Counted from the first letter of the stretch, positions 1 through 12,935 are shown. The stretch: 64,000 nt of DNA from Antedon mediterranea (GCF_964355755.1 NC_092673.1:21325648-21389647); one strand, 5' to 3'. Notes: generated by a model not told the origin, from the sequence alone. Translations and numbers: made by a program.

Positions 1-3000
1 CAAGTGCTGTTATCTCAGTGTTATACTATTATGGCGTAATGCAGGCTGTTATATCGGCTTTTGCCTGGGTAATGCAGCACACGATGGGTACGTCTGGTGC
101 AGAATCTTTTGCTACAGCGGCTAATGTTTTTGTTGGAATGGTAATTATTATATGATTATTATGGTTTAAACATACAGTATGTTCATATTTGTAGGAATAG
201 CTGTTGACATTTAATCCATATTCATTGCTTCTTTTCCATGCTTTCATTTCATGGCTTAGACCACGGCACCTCTTGCTATCAAACCATATTTACCTCTCAT
301 GACCAGGTCGGAACTTCATACGATCATTGTAAGCGGAATGGCAACTATAGCGGGGAGCGTACTTGGCGTATATATTGGATTCGGTGCTAGTGCCTCCCAC
401 CTGCTGTCAGCTTCTATCATGTCTGCCCCTGCAGCTCTAGCCTGTGCTAAGATCTTCTATCCTGAGGTTGAAAGACCAAAGTCAATTGCACAAATACAAT
501 TAATTGGAGAGAAAAGGTTTGTTTTTTATTAATAAAATCTTATTGACACTTTTTCATCCAAAATTCATTTATTATACAGTAAGTGTGTAGGAAACATCTG
601 GGTAAATAAACTTTTGAAAACAATAAATAATAATAAATGTTTTCTTTCCTTATGTTAGAGAAGAACAGAATGTATTAGAAGCATTGTATGGTGGAGCTAA
701 GGACGGTTTGAAGATTTGTGGCTATGTCCTGGCAAATCTTGTTGCTATTATATCTGTATTGGCCTTTGTTAATGCTGTGTTACATGAACTTGGCTATATG
801 GCTGGTGTAGAAAACTTATCATTTGAGGTAAACTTTGAGGTCATGTCAAAATTATACTACTGCAGTGACTGCAGCAATTATATTGTTTAGTGCAGTAAAA
901 TAATTTTAGTGTGTTTTACCACAAAAGTGTAGGAGACAGTTAATGTGCAGGAGTAAGCAAATTTAGTTACTGCAGTAACTGGAGTAAAATAACTTATATA
1001 TCTTTTATTTGTGAAGGCACAATTGCAATGATTTAAATGAAGAACACATGAAAATAAATTGATTTACTTTAAACTTCTTTAAAATTTCTTTATAATTCTT
1101 TAGTGCTAAATTCTTAATGCTATGATTTTACAAATATCATGTTTGCTGCCCTCTTTAATGTGATATTCTTTCATTTATTTTTCTACAATAAATTTACAAA
1201 ATAGTTTGTCGCCCTCTTTGGATTGGTAGGCTATTAGGGTAGTCCAAAATAAGACATTAAGTAACTTCCTTTGATTTGTATCTTTGCTCTTCGTCTAACT
1301 TTTCGTCTGCCTTATTATTTTGCTTTGGTAAATTTGTTTTTACTGTATTATATTCAATGACTAAATGTATTTTTTGTAGTTAATTTGTAGCTACCTGCTT
1401 TACCCAATTGCCTGGCTACTTGGAACAGAGCGCAAAGACTGCAGGATAGTTGCTGAGTTGATTGGTACCAAGACATTCTTAAATGAGTTTGTAGCCTACC
1501 AAAATCTTGGCGCTTATCTCGATCAAGGTGCTCTTTCAGTGAGTTTAATACCAATTTCTCATTTTCTTAAATGCAGTGCTTAAATCAATTTACAATTATA
1601 CTTCAATTAATCGATCAATGCTTCAATCAGTCAATTTAATTGCCATTCAAACCTTTGTTGAGTTATATAGTCAGTGGTTAAATTTGTTTCAGATATACAG
1701 TACTTCTGAAAACACAAAACATTATACAATTCTAATATTTCTTTTTAATAGATTCGTTCACAAGTCATAGCAACTTACGCCCTCTGTGGATTCTCAAATC
1801 TTGGTAGTCTTGGCGTGATGTTGGGTGGTCTTGTTCCGTTGGTTCCAGAACGCAAATCTGAGATCGCGACTTCATGTCTCCGAGGTTTATTTGCAGCCAC
1901 TATAGCATGCCTGTTAACGGCAGCAATCGCAGGTGAGATACTTTTACCTGAAATAGTACATTCTTTCGGAACTGTGCCTTTAATAGAGATGTCCCCTAAG
2001 TGTCCCTTTAATAGAGATATCCCCTAAATGTCCCTTTTACAAAAGATTTCCCCTAAGTGTCCCTTTAACAGAGATGTCCCCTAAGTGTCCCTTCAATGGA
2101 GATGTCCCCTAACTAAGGACTGACTGTATTGTTAATGACTTTTTTTTTGTTTTTCTTGATATCCCAAGTATTAAAATATTAAGGAGACACTACATGTTCC
2201 CTTTAAAAGAAATATCCCGCAATAAGCCTTGTAGTGTTAAAAACATATATTCTTCCTTATACTTTTCATGGGAAAGTTTCCGCTAAATAAAAAAGTCCCA
2301 GAGTGGTTCTAATACATTTTTTTAAACAGTGGTTTTTTTTTAAACATTTATATCTGATTGGTTATTACATAACATTGCAGAAAGGAATATTATGAGTAAT
2401 ATGTAGATTTTAAAATAACACTCCAGCACTTAATTTTGTTGTTTGTGCAGAATCCACAATAGACAGTTAAATATTTTTTGTGGTCCAAAATTGCCAAAAG
2501 CAAAGGCCAAATTAATTTTTTTTTGTGGAATCAAAATGACCAGAAGCAAAGGTCAGCCTAGAACACAATGACCAGCCTCAAGTTTGAATACTGTAATATA
2601 TACATCTTTATTTAGATACCATCGCCAATTATACTTGTTTAAAATTTCCTTATCTCAGTGCTGTGTTAAATTTCAACAGGAGTGAGCTTCTTGATCCCAT
2701 CAAATGAAATAGTTGCCAAATTTTCTCCCCCATGGAGTGTCCACTGGTTGCATCCAGTGCGTGTAATATAGGTTAACATAATGTAAATCACCTTTAGTCT
2801 TGCGTCCCAGCTTGAGATGCTTACAAACACCTGTAAATCTAGTTTATAATCCTATCAACTTGTCTTTGTTGCTTTTTAGCTTTTTTTTATCTACAGTATG
2901 TTCACATGCAATTGTCCAGATTGAAAAATCCAACAACATAGTGTGTTCACACAGCTCGTTCATGATCTTGATAATATAAAGTCTGAATATTAAAAATGTA

Positions 3001-6000
3001 TTGTCCCCCAAAAAACCTGAAAAAGTTTAACAAAATCAGACTTTGAATAGGCCATTTCCATAGAGAAAAAACCTGAAAAATAAAGCGTTCTCACATTAAT
3101 ATCTAATGGTTAGACTAACAGTTAGGCTCACAAGCACCTCATAGTAACTGCTATAATAATAATAATATATAATAATAATTACATGCTTTATTTAAACATG
3201 AAAACATGGCTCAACAAGCAGTTGTTTTTCTGCAAGGCCGTGTATAAAAACAAAAAGTTCACAAACAAAACTACAATACATTATACTGAAATATAAATAC
3301 TTATAACCAAAAACTACTGTTTTTTATGTTCATTTATGCTTAAAAATAACTACTGAATAGATTAAAAATAAAACTGCCTGGTTTCGAAGAATTTGGAGCG
3401 TTTTACTTTGAATTTGATTTGAGCGTCCCCAAACAACATGGCAATATTCATGATGTGGAGCCATGAGGGATTTAGTTTAGATTGAATTCATTTGGAAGAA
3501 TGTTGCTAGTCTTTTTTTAGATAGTACAAGCTCTGCAATGCCTTAGATTTGACATGATTAATTTGTGAGGACCAAAAAAGATTGTTATCAAGAATTACAC
3601 CAAGATGTTTGCATTGATTAACACGAGGGAATGTTCATATCAATTTGTAAATTAGATATGTTTGATAGTTTTTGCCTTGAGCCTATTTTCATGTATTAAG
3701 TTTTCTTAACATTTAAACTAAAAGAAAGTCCTATCAAATCATCATTAATTGTTGTAGTTAGATTATTAATATTTTTATCTACATAATATATACAAGTGTC
3801 ATTAGCATACATAGAAACAGTGGATTTATCAACAGCTCTAGGTAAATCATTCACATAGAGGAGAAAAAGCAAGGGTCTCAATATAGACACCTGCGGGATC
3901 CCACATATACTGTGACATTCATCAGAATTTACTCAATTTATGTTAGTTGAATTGGAGAGGAACAAATTTATGATATAGGTTTATTGGGTAGACAATTAAA
4001 TCCATGACATTTTTAATCAGATCAGCTGGTATTTCATCAGTTCCAGTAGCTTTTTTTGATGAAAGAGAATTAAAAATTGTATAGACGTATTCTACATCAA
4101 CATTTTCAAAAGTAAATTTGTCAGTATTGTTAAGTATTATTATTAGTATCATTATTATTTAGTATTATTACCAGGTGGGTCAACATGAGGAATACTTTTG
4201 TGAAGTGTTGAACCTATATGGGTTTGACATGGCAAAGAATGAGGCTGACCAACCAGGTGAGGATATCTACAGACTTGTATATTCCAACAAAAGGATATGT
4301 GAAATTGTTGGAACATCTTCCTTGAGGGACTGCATACAGTCAGTATATCCGATACGTTGGTCATATCTGTAGAGGACCGAATACATCAATGCTGTTTGCT
4401 GTTCCAACAAGACGGTACTATTGTGATCAGTGAATTAAAATCTCTCGTATTTTAAGTATGGAAATTAGGCAAGCCAAAGCCATTACACAATTGACGAAAA
4501 TTCTTAACGAACACCTTAATAGGCTATGTGGTGCTGAATAGGTTTTCGACTCCAGTTCTACGACGTAGAAGAGTAGGATCCCATATGTATGTATGTATAT
4601 ATTTGCAAAGTACTGGTTTAATTTGTTTGAAATATCTTCTAGTTATATCACCATTATTAGTTTTAACACTTGCTATGTTTGTATTGTTAGGCTTACCTGG
4701 TGCTAGAAATCAAATATTATCCCAAATCTTTTTTGGGTCTTTTGTATTCAGTTGTTTTGTAAAATAATCATTTTAGCATTGTCTAAGTTCATAATTAACT
4801 TTATTTTTTAATTTCCTATATTCAGTTCACATATTTGGTTTATTTTTTCTATTGGGTCTTCTTTTTAAAACATGTCCTTCTCTCATGAGCTGTAAGACGT
4901 TTTGTGTTAGCCACGGGGGCTGTTTTTGTGTCTCATCCTTTTACATTTTATATGTGCATTTTTGTTGGCAATATTTAGAAAAGTTTCCTCAAAATCTCAA
5001 ACAGCATTATCCACATTGTGTAAGTTGTGATTTCTGTCCAGTTTACATTTAATATATCAGTTCTAAACTTAGCTTTATCAAAATTCTTAAAGTTTCTACA
5101 TTTCTTATATCTGTGTTTTTTATTTACCTTGCCAAATTCAATATAGATAGCCAAGTGGTCACTCAAGCCGGTATGGAGAACACCACCTTTTTTTACTCTC
5201 TCTCTCTGGTGAAGAAACATATATGTGGTCTATTAGTGTACTGGTGTTATTAGTAATATGTGTAGCTTCAGAGATCAGTTCAGGCTCAGTTTTGGTCAGT
5301 GACGGATCTAGGATTTTAAAGAAGGGGGGGGGGGTAGGCGGGGGGGCCTAAAAGTAATAAAATGGAGTGCCGACTTAATTTGATGTCCTATCTTTTGCAT
5401 TGCAATTTTTGAAATTTAGAGTGGGGGTGGGGGGCTGCTGGGCTGGCCCCCTCTTGAATCCGCCCCTGTTGGTTTTGTGGTTTAGGAGGAAATAGAGTAA
5501 CTCTTGAAGTTAGTACTATTTGTAATACAGTGTAGACATTTCATATGCTTAGTATGTTAGTGGACAATTATGGATATCAAACAGTAAACAACATTCATTT
5601 CAAATGATCTACTTTCAGCATTTAGTCATTAGATTAATTTAATCCTATTAATTTACTACAAAACCTGCTTAAGTTCTCCGCTCATCAGATTATCCACGTC
5701 ATCGTCGGTATTATTGCCGTGGAAGAGGTTCACTATGACCGACTTGTTCATAATGTAAGACTGTTTGCAGCGACCGGGTGTGCGTTCCCCACATTTAACA
5801 ACTAAAATGATATTATGGACTACTTTTTAATATCTGTTTTTTCTTTTTATCTATTTTTGACAGACTATTAATAGTGTACATTATAATTCCCCCATTTTAA
5901 TAATTTCTGGATCCACCCCTGAGAGAGTTGTGGGTTTAGGAGTGGGAGGGCGGGGACATAAGACTTTATGCAGAGAGTTGTGAGTTTGTGAGTGGTAGGG

Positions 6001-7644
6001 GACATAAGACTGTATACAGAAGGTTTTGGGGGTAGGGACATAAGACTGTATATTCAGAGAGTTGTGGGTTGATGAAGGGCGGTAGGGGACATAAGACTGT
6101 ATGCAGAGAGTTGTGGGTTTATTGGGGGTAGGGGAGTTAAGACTGTATGCAGGGAGTTGTGGTTTGATGGGGGTAGGGAGATAAGACTGTATAAAGAGAG
6201 TTGTGGGTTGATGAAGGGCGGTAGAGGACATAAGACTGTATGCAGAGAGTTGTGGGTTTATTGGGGGTAGGGGAGATAAGACTGTATGCAGGGAGTTGTG
6301 GTTTGATGGGGGTAGGGAGATAAGACTGTATAAAGAGAGTTGTGGGTTGATGAATGGCGGTAGGGGACATAAGACTGTATGCAGAGAGTTGTGGGTTTAT
6401 TGGTGGTAGGGGAGATAAGACTAAATGTAGGGAGTTGTGGTTTGATGGGGGTAGGGAGATAAGACTGTATAAAGAGAGTTGTGGATGATGGGGGTGGGGA
6501 TTAGAGGACATAAGACTGTATGCAGAGAGTTGTAGGTTTATTGGGGGTAGGGGAGATAAGACTGTATGCAGAGAGTTGTGGGTTGATGGGGATTTTGCAA
6601 CAGGTGTGTTTAACCAATCAACTATCTTTATTCATAGTTTTATAAACAACCTCTAAAATTGTGCTGTAGTAACATTCAATCTGCAAGATTTAATTTAGAT
6701 TTAATTAGCATTATTATTATACAATACACAGGAAAAATGACAGATTTATGAGAGTATATATATATATACATGATGATGAATAAATATCTTTTGCTTGAGG
6801 AAAAAAAACAATATTGTTTAGTATGAGCAGGAAACTATTAACTTGTTAGAAAAGGAACACTTTTGAAATATCACCTGGCTTGTAAAATCATCATGTCTAT
6901 TAAAAAATCAAAATAATATTCTATATTTAGTAGTTTATTCAAAAGTGAAGAGAAGAGGAAGACAAACAGTTTAGCAATTATTACATTTACGATTAGTAAA
7001 TGTATACACATCAATGAACTTAAATAAACCATTTTTTGCCGTTTTAAGCGATATATTATATTGACTTAAGCATGCCATACTAACTTAAGCCAATCTATTG
7101 CATATACCATATTGACTTAAGCCAACCCTATTGCATATCATACTGACTTAAGTGTACTGTGCTGACTTAAGTGTACTGTACTGACTTAAGTATACTGTGT
7201 TGACTTAAGTGTACAGTGTTGACTTAGGTGTACTGTGTTGACTTGAGTGTACAGTGCTGTACTTAAGTATACATTGCTTTACTTAAGTGTACTGTGTTGA
7301 CTTAAGTGTACTGTGTTGACTTAAGTGTACTGTGCTGACTTAAGTGTACTGTGCTGACTTAGATTTATTGTGCTAACTTAAGTGCACAGTGCTGACTTAG
7401 GTGTACTGTGCTGACTTAAGTGTACTGTGCTGACTTAAGTGTACTGTGCTGACTTAAGTGTATAGTGCTGACTCAAGTGTACTGCACTGAACCTACTGTA
7501 CTGACTAATAGTGTGTATGCCCAATTGAACATTTTTTCTTATGTGTCGTTAACAGGATTGTTGTATGATGGGATTGCCATAGAGGATGAAATACAGAATG
7601 CATTGAACACAACAGAAGAAGTTATCAGTACAACACTCATATGA
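1..7644 (+). CDS. SLC28A3: Concentrative nucleoside transporter (SLC28/CNT family), 3' part; 5' end lies outside the window
   Basis: In-frame GT-AG exons <1-140, 260-516, 659-827, 1380-1538, 1752-1932, 7556-7644 (TGA). CNT motifs: SVLYYYGVMQ, MGTSGAES..AANVFVG, MTRSELH..ATIAGSV, HLLSASIMSAPAALA, FLNEFVAY, YALCGFSNLGS. The symbol gives the closest vertebrate family label; orthology is not established. Confidence 0.93.
1975..2112. repeat. ~29-bp tandem repeat in the last CNT intron
   Basis: About 4.5 copies of ccctttaatagagatgtcccctaagtgt-like units. Confidence 0.85.
3160..5283 (-). mobile_element. Degenerate CR1/L2-group LINE ORF2 relic (endonuclease end, RT fragments, 3' tail)
   Basis: Minus-strand fragments: STLIDHI..GLSDH (APE end), NQYFANI, KKATGTDEIPA, GIPQVSILRPLLFLLYVNDLP..YANDT (degenerate GVPQGS and YADD). 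Frameshifts and an internal deletion are present, with AATAAA and an (ATT)-rich tail near 3160-3195. Confidence 0.85.
4170..4600 (+). mobile_element. 5'-truncated RTE-like LINE 3' end nested inside the minus-strand LINE
   Basis: The + frames give YRLVYSNKRICEIVGTSSLRDCI..QYIRYVGHICR, resembling post-RT C-termini. It ends in a (TATG)n tail at ~4585-4600 and interrupts the host LINE between NQYFANI and NNTDKFTF. Confidence 0.55.
5297..5468. mobile_element. hAT-like MITE
   Basis: Imperfect TIRs CAGTGACGGATC / GAATCCGCCCCTG, flanked by TTGGT on both sides. A further TIR-like half lies at ~5908-5921. Confidence 0.6.
5922..6592. repeat. G-rich minisatellite with a 139-bp higher-order (46+44+49 bp) unit
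   Basis: TAAGACT anchors at 6092, 6138, 6182, 6231, 6277, 6321, 6370, 6416, 6460, 6511, 6557. Confidence 0.93.
7060..7508. repeat. 19-bp minisatellite (gacttaagtgtactgtgct)
   Basis: GACTT anchors at 7145, 7164, 7183, 7202, 7221 and onward; about 20 or more copies. Confidence 0.93.
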
Positions 7645-7783
7645 AGTGTACACTTAAGTATTTACTAATTCATTTTAATCAAACTATTTGTTTTACGGGT
7701 GATCTTTTTCAAAATGTGTAGTAGAAAGATGTGGGTTCTTTGGTTGTAGCAACAATTTAATAGTTTAGAAAACTTTAATAATG

Positions 7784-7915
7784 TTGATTTTTATGTATAT
7801 TTTGTTAGCCTTTTCTTGATTTTTATGTATATTTTGTTAATTTTTCTTGATTTTTATGTATATTTTGTTAGCTTTTTCTTGATTTTTGTGTATATTTTGG
7901 TAGCTTTTTCTTGAT
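7784..7915. repeat. ~32-bp T-rich tandem repeat in the probable CNT 3' UTR
   Basis: About 4 copies of ttgatttttatgtatattttgttagcttttttc-like units. Confidence 0.85.
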
Positions 7916-8049
7916 ATATGAAATGAATTTCAATATCCAAAATAAGTAATCTAAACTGAATGCATTCAAGATTCAGCTAGGAATTATACCTCATTAATAC
8001 ACACAAAAACTTGTTGGTATTTGTGCATAACGGGAGTTATATTATACAG

Positions 8050-8262
8050 AAAGACCCAGACTCGATTCCCGACAACTCTCAGTCCACTTGGCTGTAAATG
8101 AGTACCTGGTTGAAAAATACTAGAGGGAATAATGCAGCGTGGAAAGGAAATGATCATACTATAGCATAACGCTGAGCTCCTAATTAATTCCCCTATTATG
8201 CACTTGTCAATTATATGACAACCCCGGGAGAGGTGATCATGAGTGCGCTATTTACAAATAAT
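8050..8262 (+). mobile_element. Degenerate tRNA-derived SINE relic
   Basis: B-box-like tcgattccc, central gtccacttggctgtaaatgagtacctgg resembling conserved SINE core domains, and an L2-like tail gtgcgctatttacaaataa. Confidence 0.4.
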
Positions 8263-8917
8263 TAATGACACAGGGGTGCGTCAAAATCCTAAATGGTACG
8301 TTACCGCAATGAACAGTGGTGTGTCAATGTCCGTTACCACAAAAGGACAGTCTTAGCGCGTCCTTTTTCTCTAAAAGGTTCATCAATAATTCTAACATGG
8401 GTGCGTCATTTTCACATAAAGGTAAGTAAATTTTGTGACGCATGGGTGCGTCATGGTATGTATAAGGTATGACGCACATCATGTAAATGACGCACCTTTC
8501 CCGAGGATTGTATAGTGGGTCATACAATTGACAAATGCATTATGTTCAGAGTAAATACGGGGCTAGGATGTGTATAACAGTGGATATCTTAACCTAGATG
8601 TGTGTAATGTGAAGTCTTATCATGGATTTATTGCAACACTCTGAATAGTACTAATAATGAATGTTCCAAAATCTTGCCAATATTCTGGTTATTTTTGTAT
8701 TTTTACCTGAAGCATTATTATTATATTTTTGTAAATTACCTTATAAGGCAATTTGAATTTCAAAGTCCACCACTACTGTATTTTGTTTTTATCAAATTGA
8801 AATTAATGTCTTTAATTATTAATCATATCTTTCTACAGTACAACTATGTGTATTTTTTTGTATAAGAATTTTATAAAAAATGTTTTTATTGTTTGAAGGT
8901 TTGAACGAAGAAATCAA

Positions 8918-9178
8918 AAGTTTGCGGTACACCACATATATTAGTTCTGAGAAACTCAACAGTTCTTTTCAGAACTAATTTTGCGGTACACCACATATAT
9001 TAGTTCTGAAAAACTCAACAGTTCTTTTCAGAACTAATTTTGCGGTACACCACATATATTAGTTCTATAAAACTCAACAGTTCTTTTCAGAACTAATTTT
9101 GCGGTACACCACATATATTAGTTCTGAAAAACTCAACAGTTCTTTTCAGAACTAATATACGGGGTGTACCGCAAACTT
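8918..9178. repeat. Fold-back repeat: four 59-bp hairpin-containing units closed by a 36-bp inverted arm
   Basis: Units start at 8922, 8981, 9040 and 9099. The terminal ttttcagaactaatatacggggtgtaccgcaaactt is the reverse complement of the unit start with 2 mismatches. Confidence 0.9.
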
Positions 9179-9661
9179 CATATCAAAAAAATGTTTTTGT
9201 CATGTAAATTGTGTTATTTTATATTAATTTTGTTTTTATCTACTATAACCAGAATTGAATCTTATCAATAAAATTGTTTGCTTAATTTTAATCTTATTAT
9301 CAATGAGATTGATGATTAATTTTAATTTTTAATTTAATTTTGTTATTTTATATTGATTTTGCTTTTATCTACTATAACCAGAATCAAATATTATTATCAG
9401 TGAAAGTGTTTGCTTAATTTTAATTTTAGTATCAATGAAATTTTTTGCTTAATTTTAATTTTTTAAAGATTAATTATGGATTGATATCAAAGCTCTGGAA
9501 TGTGTAAATAGTGAAACTTAATACTTTACCAGAAATGTTTCTTAAATTCTTGGTAATAACTTAACAGTTGTTAATGTTTTATATTAAATGACGCAAACAC
9601 TAGTATCTGATGAAAATACACTACCTTTGATTTCCATTTGACACGTGTGTGATGTGTTAGT

Positions 9662-9990
9662 TTAAAGATATATTGTCCCCCTGAAAAAATTAATTTTTCA
9701 ATTTTGTTTGTTGAATATGTCATTTTAATGTCACATAATAGTTATCCACTTTGAACAAAAATTGAATTTAACCAAATTTATTTGCCTGAAAAAAACTGTA
9801 ATGTAAAGCAAAAAATAGTATGATTTTTGGTTGAATTTGTCCATTTATTTGTCATTTTATATGAGAAACATTAGTTATTTTATTTTTTTTACGGAAGGGA
9901 TTAACCTTTTAAAACTACAAAATAACCTATTCAAAGTCTGATTTAATTAATCTTCATTTTTCATGTTTTTTGGGGACAATACATTTTTAA
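9662..9990. mobile_element. Kolobok-like TTAA MITE (family A)
   Basis: TTAA-AGATATATTGTCCCC ... GGGGACAATACATTT-TTAA termini. Related copies at ~2990-3060, 32312-32500, 45889-46470 and 63495-63802. Confidence 0.75.
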
Positions 9991-11271
9991 ACTATATTTT
10001 TGTGAATATTGCATTAATCAAAGAAATGATACCATCCTTTTTCCCGTTTATGTATTCCTGTGTTTATTTAATTTAAACTGTTATTAAAATTAATGTATAA
10101 ATGAAATATCTGAATGAATGAATCCTGTTATGTCAATTGTTGACATATTTTAACATTGTACAGTATATACACTTACTACATACAGTTTAATACTGATAAA
10201 AAGCAGTTAAACTGTATGTCATATTTTTTAAATATGTTCTTTTATATATATAATAATTTGAACTAATTGTAAAATTATAAATGATGATTATTATAATAAT
10301 AATATAAAATATTAGGCTAATTATGAAAATGCATGTTGATTGTAAATTTATTTTTAACATAATGGTTTGAGAACACATTTATGGAATAGTTTTGTTGCCC
10401 GGAATACAGTTTGGTTCCCCTTTGGACGCAACGCAAGCGAGTTGACCAATCACAAGTGATAGTTTGGATGATCTATCGCTTTGTACTGATTGGTCAAATA
10501 AATAATGTATATTATTCTAATTTGCATTTATACAGGTGGAATGCTTTTATTGTTTCTTCCTTATTTCTCTCTGTCCTGATATGTACAGCATTACTGTAGT
10601 ATGCTAACCTATTATCCGATGCTGTATCCACCAATGGTATTTATCAGTCAATTTCCGTGATACAGTGTACATGTATATCACATGTGACGTCTGTACGGAT
10701 AAAGCTAAGAATTAGTGAGTTAATACAATAATAGTGTATAGTTGTTGTATTTACAGTATTACTTGATAATATTGTATGATAATGTGAAAAGATGTTTATC
10801 CATCTTAATAACAAGGCAGGGTTAATTTACTATAGAGTATTATACTGTATTTATTGGTGAAATTAAACTAATATGACATTTTATATTGATAAATAAGTTA
10901 GAATTATAATTAATATGTATCATAAAAATGTTGAAACATAATGCAATGTTGCATAGTACTTGTGTACCATCTGTGTTACGTAATTATTTTGACAACATTA
11001 GCCATGTGCGAATGTAAGTCAACATTGATTAAGTTGTGCGCATGTCAACCTTAAAGGTGCGTTCACACCGGTGGCCGGATAAACAATTTTGAAAAAAGTT
11101 CACACGAACTCATTGCGGATTAATTTCGTATATATATATATATATCTAGCCCGGAGTTTTCTTCGAATCAGGGCTCAGTGTGTGGAAATACTTTCTCACA
11201 ATTGGACCAGGGAGTTGTCTAATGAACAACTCTCTGATCCCTGATAATTGAACGCAACACAACGACTTGGT

Positions 11272-11395
11272 TAAAGCTATGTCTCCACTATCAAACTTTA
11301 TGTGACAAAAAAATGTGATGTGCCCATATATGGACACGATGATGTCATATCACTACTATATTTGGGCACAGCACCTTTTTTGCCAATTAGTTTCC
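11272..11395. mobile_element. MITE family C fragment (PIF/Harbinger-like)
   Basis: aagctatgtctccactatcaaactttatgtgacaaaaaa; homologous pieces at 15040-15098 and 60372-60505. Confidence 0.55.
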
Positions 11396-12221
11396 AATAG
11401 AGACGTAACGCAAGCGAGTTCACCAATGAAAAGCGGCAATTCGAATAAACTGACTCTTGTTATTGGTCAATAACGAGTCTCTAGTGGGAACCACTAAGAA
11501 CGTTTTTTTACAGTACTTCAATAGGAAGAATGCCAATAAAGTTTGTTATTTTTTTATAATTTATTGTACGTGCGTATGCCCTTATAAAACTGTAAACCCT
11601 TTGTATAGTAACCATAGTAACCATCCAAATACTGTACAGTATTAGATCAAATGTTTTTACAAGATTTTATACTCGGATTCATAATATCGTATATTAGTTT
11701 ATTTACCTCGCATTTTGTACAAATATATAGAGATATGTAATTAAGTTGTATGTGGTCATTTCGGCCTCATAAATCGGTGGAAAATAATCGTAAAGAAATG
11801 ATTAAATAAACATGGTTAAACTGTTAGTGTATACAGTAGATTCGGGTAGAATTCTGAATTTGTTACATCATAAATCATGTAAAAATATTTTGTCAATACA
11901 AGAAATAATAAAGAAGTAAATTATCTCTGATGATGTGTAGTTATTTTGGAATATTTGCTATATTCGATTATTGTTAATGGCATTTCGGGTGACCGAGTAA
12001 AGTGTACCTATGATGCCCTTGGGTAAAAGTGTATTATCTATTGAGGGTTCATTATGATGCCACATTAATCATATCGATTTGATAACGCTTTATTATACAT
12101 CTCCTTTCGACCAAGATTGAAATTAACTTTTTTTTTGGCAATATTTTTTTTCGTAATTGTTGTAATTGGTACAAAACCAGTAGGCCTACGAGAATTTACG
12201 TTTTGATGACAACTTACATAA

Positions 12222-12397
12222 AGCGTGGTTCCCACTAGAACGCAACGTATCGGCGCAAGGTATTGCGTAATCACAAGTGAGAACCGACGACACAATAGTG
12301 CTGCCAAACATCACAAGTTTGATTTCACGCAGGCGGAGGCGAACACAGTTATTAGAAGGGCATTTTCTTACGTTGCGTCGCTAGTGGGAACCAAGCT
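12222..12397. mobile_element. PIF/Harbinger-like MITE (family B)
   Basis: TIRs AGCGTGGTTCCCACTAG / CTAGTGGGAACCAAGCT with TAA/TTA flanks. Related copies at ~10411, 11389-11495, 14808-14973, 17080-17335, 26177, 34139, 53013-53200 and 58463-58585. Confidence 0.75.
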
Positions 12398-12935
12398 TTA
12401 GAAGGCATTTACTTACGTTGCGTAGATTGCGTTACGTTGCGTCGCTAGTCGCCACCACGTACTACAGTATTCCTTGACAATTGCTTCAGAATTCGGCAAA
12501 TCGCGCGTTATTTCTAGAATGTTTACTCGATGGTATATAAAGTTGGTTCGCACTTTCGGTACTGATTTAAAACCACCTGATGTAACCCTGTTTACTAATT
12601 AAAATGAGTTCGATAATTAGTTATTAACAAATAAACGAATTTAGGTTCAACGATTTGCCCAAATAGGGGTGTTTTCCGATCGTGGTATACACTGTCTAAT
12701 GGATGTCCATTTTGAAAAATACCTGTACACAATAATACGAGGATGCTTTGGATTTTCCTATTTCCTCATACGATAATTGTTTTTAATGACTGAAAACCGG
12801 TTGAACAGCTCGAGTACAGCATCATAATGTTGAAAACAGGCCGATTTTCTTTAAAAAAATACTATTTTGATAAATTTGATATACGTTTATTCAAATGTAT
12901 TGATTTGCGATGAATGGAACATTCCAAATGATTTG

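Noticed and set aside
1933-2027. ORF read-through as the CNT C-terminus
   Set aside because: There is a good G|GTGAGA donor at 1932 and the read-through runs into a tandem repeat. The exon at 7556 gives the expected AGLLY continuation.
5881-6511. Pro/Ser/Thr-rich ORFs of 116 and 124 aa
   Set aside because: They are translations of the G-rich minisatellite inside a CNT intron.
8918-9178. CRISPR-like array of palindromic repeats
   Set aside because: The units are near-identical over their whole length with no unique spacers, there are no cas genes, and the context is eukaryotic.
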